A stretch of 64,000 nt of DNA, from positions 169,230-233,229 of the forward strand of contig CAWIJO010000014.1 of NCBI GenBank assembly GCA_963836355.1, written 5' to 3'. The stretch comes from an uncultured Actinomycetes bacterium (lineage in GTDB: Bacteria > Actinomycetota > Actinomycetes > Streptosporangiales > Streptosporangiaceae). Positions 1 to 9,389 of this stretch are shown piece after piece (position 1 is the stretch's first letter; every line of letters starts with the position of its first letter). The notes below the pieces were generated by a model that had not been told where the DNA came from, did not search any database, and saw nothing but the letters and a program-made list of their open reading frames with translations. The translations under genes were made by a program, and so were the position numbers.

Positions 1-711
1 CTTGAGCACAGCGCCCGCTCGCCGCTGCGGCCGTATTACGCGAACCTGCCATCCGGCGAGGCATCCCGGCTGGTAGCGGCATTCAACCGGCAGGTGCTGG
101 CCCAGCAGCCGCTGACCGTGGCGCGCGCGGTCGGCCGAGACGCGCTGAAGCTGTTCGCGCTGACCAGGACCACAAGCCCCGGCGACCCGCCGATCTCCCG
201 CTGGCAGTTCCAGCACAGCTATCCGACCTACCCGCCGGATGCCTCGCGGCAGATCATCGCGGCCGCGGGCCGGAACTACGGTGGCGGGGGGCCGACCGTG
301 CACCGCCAGCTAGCGGCCTTCCTGCGCGGCTACCAGCTCGGCGGCGGCTACCCGCCGGGTCCGCTGCTGGCCTTCGCCGCGCTGGCCGGGCTCATCGGCT
401 CGGCCAGCCTGGCCCGCCGCGGCCGGGTCCGGCCGGACGCGCAGGCCGTCCCGGATCGCGGCGCCGGCCTGGCTGGCCGTGCCAACTCGGGCGTCTGGCC
501 AGCGCGGCAGGCAGCCGTGGCGTGCTTCCTGTTCTTCGCGACCGCCATCGCTGTGCTCCTTACCTCTGATCTCTTCGAGTTTTCCTGGCGCTACCAGCTC
601 CCGGCCCTGGTCACTCTCCCGCCGGCCGGCGCGCTCGGGATCGCGGTCATCCTCGCCGCAGTCGGCGCCCGCCGCGCCGTCAGAACCACCCGCGCCGGCG
701 GAACAGCATGA
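1..711 (+). CDS. hypothetical membrane protein, C-terminal portion (5' end outside window)
   Basis: Frame 1 is open from base 1 to the stop at 709-711. C-terminal hydrophobic stretches (LLAFAALAGLIG, ACFLFFATAIAVLLT, ALGIAVILAAV). Family not recognised. Confidence 0.45.
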   Translation, partial: LEHSARSPLRPYYANLPSGEASRLVAAFNRQVLAQQPLTVARAVGRDALKLFALTRTTSPGDPPISRWQFQHSYPTYPPDASRQIIAAAGRNYGGGGPTVHRQLAAFLRGYQLGGGYPPGPLLAFAALAGLIGSASLARRGRVRPDAQAVPDRGAGLAGRANSGVWPARQAAVACFLFFATAIAVLLTSDLFEFSWRYQLPALVTLPPAGALGIAVILAAVGARRAVRTTRAGGTA

Positions 712-1675
712 ACAGCCCGGCTGCCGCGGCCAGCTCGGTGCCGATCCCGAGCGCCAGGAAGGCCGGAAGGCCGCCGAGCCGGCGGATCATCCAGCCGAAG
801 TTCTGGCCGAAGAACCCGGTCAGGAACGTCAGCGGCAGGAAGACCGTGGCGATGACCGTGAGCTGCTTCATCACCTCGTTCAGCCGGTTGGACACTATCG
901 ACAGGTAGGCGTCCATCACGTTGCTGAGCAGGTCGCGGTAGCTGTCGACGAGATCGCTGATCCGGATCAGGTGGTCGTACAGGTTCCGCAGATAGGGCTC
1001 GCCGGCCGGCGTCATTCCCGGCAGGCTCGCCACCCCGGACACCAGCGACGCCATGGCGTCGCGCTGCGGAGTCACCAGCTTCCGCAGGCTGACCAGCCAT
1101 TTCTGCATCTCGAACAGCCGCGAGAGCTGCTCGTTGCTCTGCTTGGCGAAGATCTGCTGCTGGAGATCGTCGATCCGGTCATCGAAGTCCGACAGCGCCG
1201 GGAAGAAGCTGTCGATCAGGGCGTCCAGGACATGATGCAGCAGGATCAGCCTGATCGGCCGCCGGCGCCCGGCGGCCGGATGCCGGGCGAGCACGCCGTC
1301 TTCGCGGCGCAGGCTTGCCTGCAGCTCCTCTAGGACCGTGCAGGGATCCCGCCGGATCGTGATCAGGTAGCGCTCGGAGATGAAGCAGTGAATCTCGACC
1401 AGTGACTCGCCCGCGCCCTGCGCGCCGTAGGTAACGAGATAGCAGACATCGCCGAAGTCCTCCAGCTTCGGGCGCTGGCCGAAGTCCTCGACATCCTTGA
1501 GCGCGAGCGGATGCAGATCGAAGATATCGCGCAGCATGGCCAGGTCGTCAGTGTCCGGCCGGTCCAGATCCAGCCAGAGCAGCTTGTTGCCGTGCAGCAG
1601 CCGCTCAGTCGTCGGGCGGTCAGCGGTGACGACCGCGCCGTCGAGGCTGACGAGGTATCGGTTCACCCGGCTCAT
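680..1675 (-). CDS. corA: CorA-family Mg2+/Co2+ transporter
   Basis: 331 aa. Soluble N-terminal domain, then two C-terminal TM helices flanking 'FFGQNFGWM' (GMN-type signature loop, here GQN). Overall CorA-like layout. Confidence 0.85.
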   Translation of the reverse strand: MSRVNRYLVSLDGAVVTADRPTTERLLHGNKLLWLDLDRPDTDDLAMLRDIFDLHPLALKDVEDFGQRPKLEDFGDVCYLVTYGAQGAGESLVEIHCFISERYLITIRRDPCTVLEELQASLRREDGVLARHPAAGRRRPIRLILLHHVLDALIDSFFPALSDFDDRIDDLQQQIFAKQSNEQLSRLFEMQKWLVSLRKLVTPQRDAMASLVSGVASLPGMTPAGEPYLRNLYDHLIRISDLVDSYRDLLSNVMDAYLSIVSNRLNEVMKQLTVIATVFLPLTFLTGFFGQNFGWMIRRLGGLPAFLALGIGTELAAAAGLFMLFRRRGWF

Positions 1676-1882
1676 CGTGCCAAACCCGGCACCCGGCCGG
1701 CCCGGCGCCTGGCCAAGGTGATGACCCAGCGGATCGGCTACCTGCCAGGGTAAGCGCTGGCGCGATCCACCACATTGGCATCTGGAGCGGGCCGCAGGCC
1801 GCCTGGTGCCAGCTGCCAGGTCGCCGCGCCAGGCCAGCCGGTGGCGGCCCGTTTCAGATGGTGATTTTCCGGCTCCGCGGCC

Positions 1883-2141
1883 TCAGGCGGCGCGCTGGCC
1901 CGTGCGGCTGGCCGACCTGCTCGCGAGCAGGTCGCTGACCCCGCTGACCGTGCCGCCGAGGCCGCCGCTGGCCGCCCGGCGCACCGTCGCCTCGGCGAGG
2001 ACTACCGCTTCCGCTGCCAGCTTGCGCACCTCTCGGCGACTTCACGATCGCCTGCCAGGATGTGCGCAGCCGCTCGATGCCCGCTCGTCCTTCCTGGCTG
2101 CCGGTCAGGTAACCGGCCACGAATCCGATGATCGCTTCCAT
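1883..2141 (-). pseudogene. small conserved protein at the end of the hydrogenase operon, apparent 1-nt frameshift
   Basis: ATG at 2141 opens MEAIIGFVAGYLTGSQEGRAGIERLRTSWQAIVKSP. After about 2031-2036 the protein-like, high-GC3 reading (EVRKLAAEAVVLAEATVRRAASGGLGGTVSGVSDLLASRSASRTGQRAA, stop 1883-1885) lies in another frame. The in-frame continuation turns Arg/Gly-rich with poor GC3. Confidence 0.55.
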
Positions 2142-2193
2142 CTTCCTGCCTCACCTTTTCGGCTCAGATCGAGCGGCCGTGGCCGGCCGCCAC

Positions 2194-2298
2194 CTACATC
2201 TCGCGGAGTTCGAGGTAGCGCTTGACGTCAGGCAGCGACTGGACGATCGCCGCCAGCACGGCCGCGATCACCACTGCCTTGATCAGTCTCGAGATCAT
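2194..2298 (-). CDS. 34-aa single-TM micro-protein (MISRLIKAVVIAAVLAAIVQSLPDVKRYLELREM)
   Basis: Absent from the ORF track (<60 aa). ATG at 2298 preceded by AGGAGGAAACAAG (strong SD). One hydrophobic helix plus a basic tail ending RY-x5-M-stop. A paralogue-like ORF lies at 44210-44308. Confidence 0.55.
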   Translation of the reverse strand: MISRLIKAVVIAAVLAAIVQSLPDVKRYLELREM

Positions 2299-2345
2299 CT
2301 TGTTTCCTCCTCTGACCGCTGGTAGGTCATCGGTCCCCGGCCTGG

Positions 2346-3768
2346 TCAGCCGGATGTTTGGGTGGTGCTATCCGGCTCGATGGGCTCGACCTCGTCGGGC
2401 GAGAAGTACAGGAACCGGCCGTGGTTGCGCTGCAGTTCGGCCGCGGGGTCGTCCTCCGGGCTGACCGCCAGGTGCACTTCGCCGTCGACGTCGTGCAGCA
2501 CTGCCTGCACCGTCGCCTCGCGGCCGGCCAGGAACAAGTCCTGGGCATCGGCGCGGCGGGCACCCGGCCGCATCCGGACCCGGCTGCCCCTGGCGATGCG
2601 GGCGCCAGCCACGATGACGTGATCGGTTTCTGGCGAAACCGTGCTGTCCGCGCCGGGATCCCACCAAGGCACCGACGGCCTGTCGGTGATCTCCCCGGCC
2701 TGCTCCGGCGCTGGCAGCCCGGGCGGGCCGCCCGCGGGCCGCAGGTAGCGAATGGCTCCGTGCATTCGCTCCAGCATTTCCGGCGGCAGGTCGTCAAGCC
2801 GGTCCATCAACTCGGCCGCGCGTGGATCAGTGGCGCGGGCCTGGCGCTTTTCGGAGTCAGTCAGCGCGAGCGTGCGCAGCGTGAGGATCTCGTCGATCTC
2901 AGTGGCATCGAAGAGGTCGCCGGCGCTTTCGGCGGCGACCTCGGGATGGTCGTAGAGGATAACTGGCGATGACAGCACGAGATCGGTGCAGTCGTCCGGG
3001 CCGGCCAGCACCGGCCAGGTCCCCACGTTGACGCAGCCGCCGACTTCGGCGGCGGCCCATTCCGGCGGATCCGTCATGGACAGGAAGGTGCCGCCGGGCG
3101 CGCCGATCAGCGAGTGCGCGGCGATGAAAGCATGCCGCAGGCCATCGTCCCTGTCCCGCAGCGGCACGGCGGGCATGGTGCGGTTCCGCACTCCGATCCG
3201 CAGCCGCAGCGCCTGGTACGGCCCGGCGACGCGCTCGGCATGGATGGCGATCACCCCGTCCAGCTCGCTCCAGCGGCGGACCAGGCGGCCGGCTTTTCCG
3301 GCCCGTCGAGTCGGTCAGGGCTTCGGCCGACTCGCCCGCGCCGACGTGGAACTCGATGATCCGGTCCGCGCCGAGCAGGTCGGCCACGCAGGCGGTTGCG
3401 TGCTGCTCCCGTTCGACGGCCTCGTCCCATTCGGTGAATTCGGATCCGTCCACGTACAGGGTGTCCACCTTGTGCAGCTCACCGGTATCCGGTGAGATCC
3501 CGTGCACCGTCCGGCGCTGCAGCTGCAGGAACCGGATCAGCATTCGCACCTCGGCGTCGGCTGGGCATTCGAGCAGGCACTCGGTCTGGCTCTCGGACGG
3601 CTCGGAGTCATCGATCCCGGCGTAGGCAGGCGGCATCAGCACGCCGAACTGAAACCTGATCTGGTTCTTCTGCGCCGAGCGGTGATAGGGGTAAAGCAGG
3701 TAGCCCTCGTAGAGAATGGCGTCCGCCACCTTGCGGGCATGGTCGAGATGGCTGGAATCGAGTCTCAT
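2346..3768 (-). pseudogene. conserved hypothetical protein of Hhy-type hydrogenase clusters (~474 aa if repaired), apparent 1-nt frameshift
   Basis: ATG 3768 overlaps the upstream stop (ATGA) and reads MRLDSSHLDHARKVADAILYEGYLLYPYHRS...EFHVGAGESAEALTDSTGRK. The protein-like continuation AGRLVRRWSELDGVIAIHAERVAGPYQ... to the stop at 2346 is in a different frame. The switch falls in the T4 run 3294-3297. Confidence 0.65.
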
Positions 3769-4433
3769 GGCTGCCCCTCGCCGCCGTCCGCGCTGCCGGC
3801 CGGCTTCGCGGCTCGGGCCAGCAGCGCACGGAGCGTGGCATCCCACGTCGGCAGCGCCTGCCGGGTCTTGAACTGCTGCAGTTCATCCAGGGTCTGGCGG
3901 GTCATCTTGATCCACGCGCTGTTCGGGAAGTGGGCGTCGATCGCCTCGCGCCAGATGCTGATCGGCATCCGGTAGCTGGCTTCCTTGCTCCATGGCACCT
4001 GCTGCGCCTGCAGCCGGCCGTCGGCCATCCCGAAGACGGTGCCGCTGAACAGCAGCAGCAGCGGTACCTCGGCGCCGTCCAGGCCGGCGAAATACCTGGT
4101 CGACCCGATCTCCAGGTCATAGCTGAGCAGCACCGGCAGGTCGACCTCGATGCTGCCGGTGAAGCGGGGAACCATGATCGCCACGTTGGTGAACTGCAGC
4201 GGCCGGAGCGTCTCGGCCCAGCGCTGCGTCTCGCCGAACAGATCGTTCAGCCGCTCGGCCTCGGCGGCCGAGTAGCGCCGCCGGCTCGGCTCGATCCTGA
4301 TCTGGCAGCGCAGCGCGATTGCCTCGACCCGCTGGCCGCTGGTGTCGCTGATGCGCAGCGAGAAGGCCATCGAGGGCGACACCGCGTAGCGGTCGGCGCG
4401 GGCACCGAGGCAGTCGAAGACGAGGTCAGCCAT
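3765..4433 (-). CDS. conserved hypothetical protein, hydrogenase-cluster associated
   Basis: Likely start is MADLVFDC at 4433, 1 nt after the upstream stop. The listed ORF start at 4562 is an unlikely extension. The stop overlaps the next start (ATGA at 3765-3768). 222 aa, no recognisable catalytic motif. Confidence 0.7.
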   Translation of the reverse strand: MADLVFDCLGARADRYAVSPSMAFSLRISDTSGQRVEAIALRCQIRIEPSRRRYSAAEAERLNDLFGETQRWAETLRPLQFTNVAIMVPRFTGSIEVDLPVLLSYDLEIGSTRYFAGLDGAEVPLLLLFSGTVFGMADGRLQAQQVPWSKEASYRMPISIWREAIDAHFPNSAWIKMTRQTLDELQQFKTRQALPTWDATLRALLARAAKPAGSADGGEGQP

Positions 4434-4434
4434 A

Positions 4435-5196
4435 TCAGGCTTCCGCGGGGAAGGCCCGCGAGCGCGACCGGACCAGACCAAGGAACTCGGCGATGCTCTG
4501 CCTGGCCTCGGCGCCGCCGTCAAACCCGCGCCAGTGCAGCCGCATCCGGCCGGCCAGCTCATAGCAGGCGTCGATCGGCACCAGGAAATACTCGACCCCG
4601 GAGTCCGTGCGGCAGATCAAGATGGCCTCGACGTCTGCGTCCGCGGCGGCGAGCAGCGGATGCGCCACGGTCAGCCGGTCCCAGGCCTGCAGGTTGAGAG
4701 TGCTCTCGGTGGCCCCGGCCGGGCTCGGGTAGAACGCGCTGACCTCGCCGCGCTGCGAGCTGCGCAGGAAGAACGCCAGCCCGACCGGGATCTCGAATTC
4801 ATCCCACTCGCCCACCGACAGCCGCCTGGCCGGGTCATGCAGGTACCGGTCAGGAACCGCGCGGTACCTGCCGCGGCCCGCCTGCGCGTGGGTGAAGAGC
4901 AGGTAGCAGGCCCGGCAGGCGCAGCAAAGCGTCGACTGCTCAAGATCCGCGATGTGGCCGTGCTCGGCCGGGACTTCGGTCGCGCACAGCTCGCACTTCT
5001 CCTGCGGCGGAGCGCCGCCCGGGGGCGGCCCGGGCGGCGCGCCAGGCCGCACGTCGAACATCTCGGCGTCCGCCAGGCCGGTGCCCGCGCCGCTGCCGCC
5101 CTGGCCGGCCTCGATGCCCGGTTCCGCCGGGGCCGTAGCCGACGTCCCGGGCTGAGCACCCGGGACGAACCTGCGCAGCCCGACCTTGCCGGTCAT
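4435..5196 (-). CDS. conserved hypothetical Cys-motif protein, hydrogenase-cluster associated
   Basis: 253 aa. ATG 5196 overlaps the upstream stop (ATGA). Low-complexity Pro/Gly N-terminus, then 'CELCATEV...TLCCACRAC' (CxxC...CCxCxxC), suggesting a metal or FeS site. Confidence 0.7.
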   Translation of the reverse strand: MTGKVGLRRFVPGAQPGTSATAPAEPGIEAGQGGSGAGTGLADAEMFDVRPGAPPGPPPGGAPPQEKCELCATEVPAEHGHIADLEQSTLCCACRACYLLFTHAQAGRGRYRAVPDRYLHDPARRLSVGEWDEFEIPVGLAFFLRSSQRGEVSAFYPSPAGATESTLNLQAWDRLTVAHPLLAAADADVEAILICRTDSGVEYFLVPIDACYELAGRMRLHWRGFDGGAEARQSIAEFLGLVRSRSRAFPAEA

Positions 5197-6107
5197 GCGC
5201 GGACCGCCTGCGGCAACGCCACCCGGACGCCCTGGCTGTCGGCGAGCAACGGCAGCGGGTCCAGGTGCATCGCCGGATCATCCAGGCCCTTCCCGGCCAG
5301 CCGCACGTTGTACCGGGCAGCGCAGCCGGGACATGTCAGCAGCTCGCGCGCTAGCGTTCCGGCGGCAAGCGACGAGCCGCATGCGGCACAGGAATCGCGG
5401 TACGCGTAAAGCGTACCGCGGACCGAGCAGACCAGGACGGATGTGCCGTCAGCCGAGGCGGTGACCGGCCGGGAACTCGGCGGCCCGATGTCCGGCAGGG
5501 TGACCCAGCCGACCTCGTTGCCTGCGCCGTCCCCGCCGCTCCCCTCCATTGCGGCGGGATCGCTGTCCCGTTCATTCGCTTCTCCTGGCTTACGGCCGAT
5601 CTGCAGCAGTTTCGGGCCTGGTGCCTCGGTCATGCCCTCCACCACGACCTCGGTAACCTCGGGTGCCGCCTCCTCCACCGCGCCGGTGATGGCCAGCTGG
5701 ACGGTCACGGTCGAGGACGGGCAGCCGTTGCAGCTGCCCTCCAGGCGCAGTCGCGCTACGCCGTCGGTCACCCCCAGGTACTGCACGCCGCCCGCGTGCG
5801 AGCCCAGGTACGGCCGGACCCGGTCGAGTGCCCGCTGGATGCGCGCATCGACGTCCAGCGGGTGCAGGTCATGCAGCAGCAACAGGCTCTCGATCAGCGG
5901 ATCCTCGGCGAGCTTGGCGAGCATGGCCGGGCCGGCCTCACCTTGCTCGCTGAGCCCGGCGACTATCACGGCGAGACCGTCGCCGTAGAGCCCGACCAGC
6001 AACCCGACCAGTTCCTCGGCAGCTGCCACAACCTTCCCGTCCGCGTTCGCCCTGAGCGCGGACAGCAGTTCCTCCACCCGTGTCCCGACCTGCTGAACGC
6101 CGGTCAT
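5193..6107 (-). CDS. NifU-like domain protein with C-terminal 4-Cys ribbon (HhyE-like putative iron-sulfur protein)
   Basis: 304 aa. Central 'YLGSHAGGVQYLGVTDGVARLRLEGSCNGCPSSTVT' is a NifU C-terminal-type CxxC fold. C-terminal 'CAACG...CPGCAARY' motif. Sits directly downstream of the large subunit, as for the putative FeS proteins of mycobacterial uptake hydrogenases. Confidence 0.7.
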   Translation of the reverse strand: MTGVQQVGTRVEELLSALRANADGKVVAAAEELVGLLVGLYGDGLAVIVAGLSEQGEAGPAMLAKLAEDPLIESLLLLHDLHPLDVDARIQRALDRVRPYLGSHAGGVQYLGVTDGVARLRLEGSCNGCPSSTVTVQLAITGAVEEAAPEVTEVVVEGMTEAPGPKLLQIGRKPGEANERDSDPAAMEGSGGDGAGNEVGWVTLPDIGPPSSRPVTASADGTSVLVCSVRGTLYAYRDSCAACGSSLAAGTLARELLTCPGCAARYNVRLAGKGLDDPAMHLDPLPLLADSQGVRVALPQAVRA

Positions 6108-6221
6108 CCGTTTCGCCTCCGTCTGCCAGCGGTCCGCGGAACCCGGCCGGCGCCAGCTGCCGGGCGGGAATGGATCTGCGCCGGTCCGGGCCTGGGCGGG
6201 CGCCCGGGCCGGCCCGGCACA

Positions 6222-8006
6222 TCAGGTCGCCAGGGTCACCGTCATCGGCGAGTGCACCTTGTCCAGCACCTTGCCGTTGCCGAGTGACATGTGCACTCCG
6301 CACGGCAGGCACGGGTCGTAGCTCCGGACGGCTCGCATGATGTCGATGCCCTTGAACCGATCCGGCGGATTCTCCTCGAAAATCGGGGTGTTCTGCACGG
6401 CGTCCTCGTAGGGTCCCGGCGTGCCGAAGCTGTCCCGCACGCTGGCGTTCCACGGCGTCGGCGGGTACGGGTGGTAGTTCGCGATCTTCCCGCCGCGGAT
6501 CACCATGTGGTGCGAGAGCACGCCGCGGACCGCCTCGGTGAAGCCGACGCTGAATGCCTCGTCGGGCACGTTGAACGGCTCCCAGGTCTTCGTCCGCCCG
6601 GCCCTGATCTCGGCCAGCGCCTTCTCCACGAAGTGCAGCGCGGCAGCCGCCGAGTACGCCTGGAAATAGGTTCGGGCGCGGTCGCGCTCGATGGCATTGG
6701 ACAGTGGCCGGCCTTCGGAGTCGTACGGGACCTTCCACTCGAACGTGACCTCGGGCCTGCTCATCGTGCGGGGCAGGTTGATCAGCACGCTGTGCCCGGT
6801 GGACTTGACGTAGCCGAAGTCGACCAGGCCGCCCTGCGCGGTCGCCCAGAGCCTGGCGATCGGCCCGCCGCCGGTGTCGGCGGCCAGGTGGTCAGTGCCG
6901 TCGAACCAGCGCGGCGACATCACCCAGCTGTACTTCTCCTCGAAGTTGCGCTTGCCCGGCCGCGGGATCGTGTGCTGGTTCCATGGGTGCCGCCGGTCGA
7001 CCGGGTTGCCGAGGGCGTCCCTGGTCACGAACATCTCCTGGTCTTCCCAGTCCTCGTAGTAGGAACTGCCGAGCAGGATCCGGATGCCGAGGTTGATCTC
7101 GACCAGGTCGTTGGTGAGCAGCTGCCCGTCCCTGATGACGCCGGGGCTGACGAACATCTTCCGGCCCCAGTTCGACATGTTCTCGTACTTGAAGTCGCAG
7201 TGGTCCGGGTCGTTCAGGCTGCCCCAGCAGACCATGTCCGCGCGGCGCCGGCCGACTTCCTGGTAACCGGGCAGCGCCTGGTAGAAGAAGTCGAAGAGGT
7301 CGTCGTGCATCGGCACGACGCGCTTCATGAACTCCACGTAGCGCATCAGCCGGGTGAGATAGTCGGTGAACAGCTGGACGGTCGCCGTCGTCCCCACGCC
7401 GCCCGGGTAGAGCGTGGAGGGGTGCACGTGCCGCCCCTCCATCAGGCAGAACATCTCCCTGGTGGACCGGCTGACCTGGAGCGCCTCCCGGTAGAAGTCG
7501 CCTTGCAGCGGATTCAGCGAGCGCATGATGTCGCCGATGTACTTGTAGCCGTGCTCGGCGGCGTGCGGGCACTCCGTGCGGTTGGCCAGCTCGAGCACCC
7601 CCGGGTTGGTCTCGGCCACCATCCTCTCGCAGAAGTCGACCCCGACCAGGTTCTCCTGGAAGATATTGTGGTCGAACATGTACTCGGCAGCCTCGCCCAG
7701 GTTGATGATCCACTCGGCGAGGTGCGGCGGCCGCACTCCGTACGCCATGTTCTGGTTGTAGACCGAGCAGGTGGCGTGGTTGTCCCCGCAGATACCGCAA
7801 ATCCGGCTGGTGATGAAGTGCGCGTCCCGCGGGTCCTTGCCCTTCATGAAGATGCTGTAGCCGCGGAAGATCGACGAGGTGCTGTGGCACTCGACGACCC
7901 TCTTCTGCTTGAAGTCGATCTTGGTGTAGATGCCCAGGCTGCCCACGATCCTCGTGATCGGGTCCCAGTTCATCTCCACTATGCCGGAGTCATCGACCGT
8001 CGTCAT
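6222..8006 (-). CDS. hhyL: [NiFe]-hydrogenase large subunit, group 1h (Hhy-type)
   Basis: 594 aa. N-terminal NiFe-ligand motif 'TSRICGICGDNHATCS' and C-terminal 'SYDPCLPCGVHM', followed by a short tail for endopeptidase cleavage. Confidence 0.95.
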   Translation of the reverse strand: MTTVDDSGIVEMNWDPITRIVGSLGIYTKIDFKQKRVVECHSTSSIFRGYSIFMKGKDPRDAHFITSRICGICGDNHATCSVYNQNMAYGVRPPHLAEWIINLGEAAEYMFDHNIFQENLVGVDFCERMVAETNPGVLELANRTECPHAAEHGYKYIGDIMRSLNPLQGDFYREALQVSRSTREMFCLMEGRHVHPSTLYPGGVGTTATVQLFTDYLTRLMRYVEFMKRVVPMHDDLFDFFYQALPGYQEVGRRRADMVCWGSLNDPDHCDFKYENMSNWGRKMFVSPGVIRDGQLLTNDLVEINLGIRILLGSSYYEDWEDQEMFVTRDALGNPVDRRHPWNQHTIPRPGKRNFEEKYSWVMSPRWFDGTDHLAADTGGGPIARLWATAQGGLVDFGYVKSTGHSVLINLPRTMSRPEVTFEWKVPYDSEGRPLSNAIERDRARTYFQAYSAAAALHFVEKALAEIRAGRTKTWEPFNVPDEAFSVGFTEAVRGVLSHHMVIRGGKIANYHPYPPTPWNASVRDSFGTPGPYEDAVQNTPIFEENPPDRFKGIDIMRAVRSYDPCLPCGVHMSLGNGKVLDKVHSPMTVTLAT

Positions 8007-8066
8007 CGCTCATCCCTTTCCCTAATTCCTGAGCACCGCATTCGCCGAAGGCGGCACCGGTCGATG

Positions 8067-9137
8067 TCACCAGGTCCTCTTGTAGCCGGTCAGCAGCTCG
8101 TCGCCCTTTACCCGCCACTTGGGCTCGTCGTCAAGGGTCTTCGCGGTGAAGCCGCGGAGGGTCTTGATGACCGTCCCGTACAGGCTGCTCGCGGTCGTCG
8201 ACACCCGCGAGCCCGGCGGCTCGTCCATGAACGGCATGAACTTGTCCGGGAAGCCGGGCATCGTGCAGGCGATGCAAATCCCGCCGACGTTCGGGCAGCC
8301 GCCGACGCCGTTGATCCAGCCGCGCTTGGGGACGTTGCACTTGACGACCGGGCCCCAGCAGCCAAGCTTGACCAGGCACTTGGGCGAGCCGTACTCGGCC
8401 GCGAAGTCGCCCTGCTCGTAATAGCCGGCCCGGTCGCAGCCCTCGTGCACGGTAGCGCCGAACAGCCAGGTGGGCCGCAGCGCCTCGTCAAGCGGGATCA
8501 TCGGCGCCTGGCCGGCCACCTGGTAGAGCAGGTACAAGATGGTCTCGGAAAGGTTGTCCGGGTGCGTCGGGCAGCCCGGGACGCAGACGATCGGCAGGCC
8601 GGCCTTCGACCGCCAGTCCCAGCCGAGATAGTCGGGCACGCCCATCGCGCCGGTCGGGTTCCCGGCCATCGCGTGGATCCCGCCGTACGTTGCGCACGTC
8701 CCGGCGGCCAGGATCGCGGTTGCCTTCGGCGCGAGCCGGTCCAGCCACTCGTTGGTGGTCATCGGCTGCCCGGTCGCGGGATTGTTGCCGAACCCGCACC
8801 AGTAGCCTTCCTCCTTGATCGCCTCGTTCGGGATCGATCCCTCGACCACGAGCACGAAGGGATCGAGCTCGCCCCGGTCGGCCTTGTGCCACCACTCGAT
8901 GAAGTTGTCGGCGCCCTGCTCCGGGCCGCACTCGAAGTCGATCAGCGGCCAGTGCACGGCGACCTTCGGCAGGCCGGGCAGCGCGCCGAGCGCGATCTCC
9001 TCGATGCTCGGCTGGGTCGCTGCCGTGAGCGCGACCGAGTCACCGTCGCAGCCCAGGCCGCCATTCATCCAGAGGATGTGAACCACGGGCTCGGCCACGG
9101 CCTCAGCCGTGTCGCTTGTCTGTGTGTCAGTGGCCAT
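8067..9137 (-). CDS. hhyS: [NiFe]-hydrogenase small subunit, group 1h, no Tat signal
   Basis: Start chosen at ATG 9137 (MATDTQTSDT...), with GAGGAGG about 8 nt upstream. FeS-ligand Cys motifs 'GLGCDGDS', 'GTCATYGG', 'CVPGCPTHP', 'CWGPVVKCNVPKRGW...GGCPNVGGICIACTMPGFPDKF'. No RRxF twin-arginine motif. Confidence 0.92.
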   Translation of the reverse strand: MATDTQTSDTAEAVAEPVVHILWMNGGLGCDGDSVALTAATQPSIEEIALGALPGLPKVAVHWPLIDFECGPEQGADNFIEWWHKADRGELDPFVLVVEGSIPNEAIKEEGYWCGFGNNPATGQPMTTNEWLDRLAPKATAILAAGTCATYGGIHAMAGNPTGAMGVPDYLGWDWRSKAGLPIVCVPGCPTHPDNLSETILYLLYQVAGQAPMIPLDEALRPTWLFGATVHEGCDRAGYYEQGDFAAEYGSPKCLVKLGCWGPVVKCNVPKRGWINGVGGCPNVGGICIACTMPGFPDKFMPFMDEPPGSRVSTTASSLYGTVIKTLRGFTAKTLDDEPKWRVKGDELLTGYKRTW

Positions 9138-9389
9138 CCGAAGGCCACCTCCTCGCTTCTGGATCGGCCGAATACCGGATGTGCCGGGTGCCGTGACCAC
9201 GGCGCGCAACGGCGCTGGCGGCTGGAGCACTGCGCTGCGGCGGCCCGGGCGGCGGCCAGGCAACGTTCGCTGCCCCGATGGCCCCCGGCCTCAGTGAATC
9301 GCGCGGCTGCTGCAGAAAAGATGGGCACGCACCTCGCCTCGGTGATGCGCAGACGACGTCATGGTAGACCCGCCATGAAGCGGGTTCAA

